A stretch of 32,000 bases of DNA. Source: Promethearchaeum syntrophicum. Its GTDB lineage: Archaea > Asgardarchaeota > Lokiarchaeia > Sigyniarchaeales > Promethearchaeaceae. The stretch spans positions 4,200,001-4,232,000 of the forward strand of contig NZ_CP042905.2 in NCBI RefSeq assembly GCF_008000775.2. The letters run 5' to 3'. Below are positions 31,651 to 32,000 of the stretch, one piece after another (position 1 is the stretch's first letter; each line of letters starts with the position of its first letter). The position numbers were made by a program, and so were the translations under genes. The notes beneath the pieces are model-generated. The model made no database searches. It was not told where the DNA came from and saw only the letters and a list, made by a program, of their open reading frames with translations.

Positions 31651-32000
31651 TTAGATCTTCTCCTTAGTAAATATGTTAACAACTACAGTAGCACCACTAC
31701 CACCAACATTATGGGTCATTCCAATTTTTAAGTCTTTTTTAACTTGTCGATTTCGTTCAGCGATCCCACGCATTTGCTTAAATATTTCAACTATTTGTCC
31801 TACTCCAGTAGCACCTACAGGATGACCTTTGGTCTTCAAACCACCACTTGTATTAATTGGTCGAACTCCATCACGCTTAGTTTCCCCATTACCTATTGCT
31901 GCAGCGGCTTTTCCGGCTTCATAAAATCCAAGATCTTCTAGGGCTGCTAGTTCTGCAATGGTAAAACAATCGTGAACTTCTGCTATTTGAATATCTTTTG
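31651..32000 (-). CDS. thiolase (acetyl-CoA C-acetyltransferase), C-terminal part; continues past window end
   Basis: The frame is open to the window edge. It reads [71 protein letters not shown]...[16 protein letters not shown], which are the canonical thiolase C-terminal motifs. Confidence 0.9.
   Translation of the reverse strand, partial: KDIQIAEVHDCFTIAELAALEDLGFYEAGKAAAAIGNGETKRDGVRPINTSGGLKTKGHPVGATGVGQIVEIFKQMRGIAERNRQVKKDLKIGMTHNVGGSGATVVVNIFTKEKI

Noticed and set aside
31744-31941. 65-aa plus-strand ORF inside the thiolase gene
   Set aside because: It is antisense to a CDS with canonical thiolase C-terminal motifs.
1-32000. Searched by eye for CRISPR arrays, tRNA/rRNA genes, transposases/integrases, terminal inverted repeats of IS elements, and toxin-antitoxin pairs
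   Set aside because: I found no spaced direct repeats, no GC-rich cloverleaf-sized islands with tRNA-like termini, and no DDE, tyrosine-recombinase or serine-recombinase motifs in any listed ORF. A computational scan (tRNAscan-SE, Infernal, ISfinder) would be needed to exclude small or degenerate elements.

Overview
AT-rich prokaryotic chromosomal segment (roughly 30% GC by eye, not computed), densely coding, with about 31 protein genes. I found no rRNA, tRNA, CRISPR array or recognisable transposase or integrase. All family calls below come from motifs read by eye in the supplied translations; no searches were run. The gene content looks archaeal and is compatible with an Asgard (Loki/Promethearchaeia-like) genome. 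This rests on a thiolase plus DUF35 OB-fold operon, leaderless-style TATA spacing and oligo-T terminators. It also rests on several eukaryote-like proteins: a ubiquitin-like protein ending in Gly-Gly, a RIO kinase, a six-bladed Kelch propeller, a Ras-like domain with degenerate GTPase motifs, and a longin/roadblock-like protein. The most unusual structure is four large DNA amino-methyltransferases arranged as two tight head-to-head pairs (4782-9073 and 23233-28203). Their start-to-start gaps are only 44 and 33 bp. No nuclease, helicase or specificity subunit is recognisable anywhere in the window, apart from a small, weakly Smr-like ORF (22793-23107) downstream of one pair. A second notable block is a six-gene minus-strand operon (10554-14366). 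It encodes three NifX/NifB-like cofactor-binding paralogs (one with a His6 tail, one with an (RGQG)n tail), two MinD/Mrp-type ATPases with ferredoxin inserts, and a DUF134 regulator. This is a conserved anaerobe gene cluster with no established function that I know of. Other items are a fused B12-binding-like/GlmE-like protein next to an opine-dehydrogenase-like enzyme, a secreted caspase-fold protease, and a roughly 0.9 kb ORF-free region (29660-30606).
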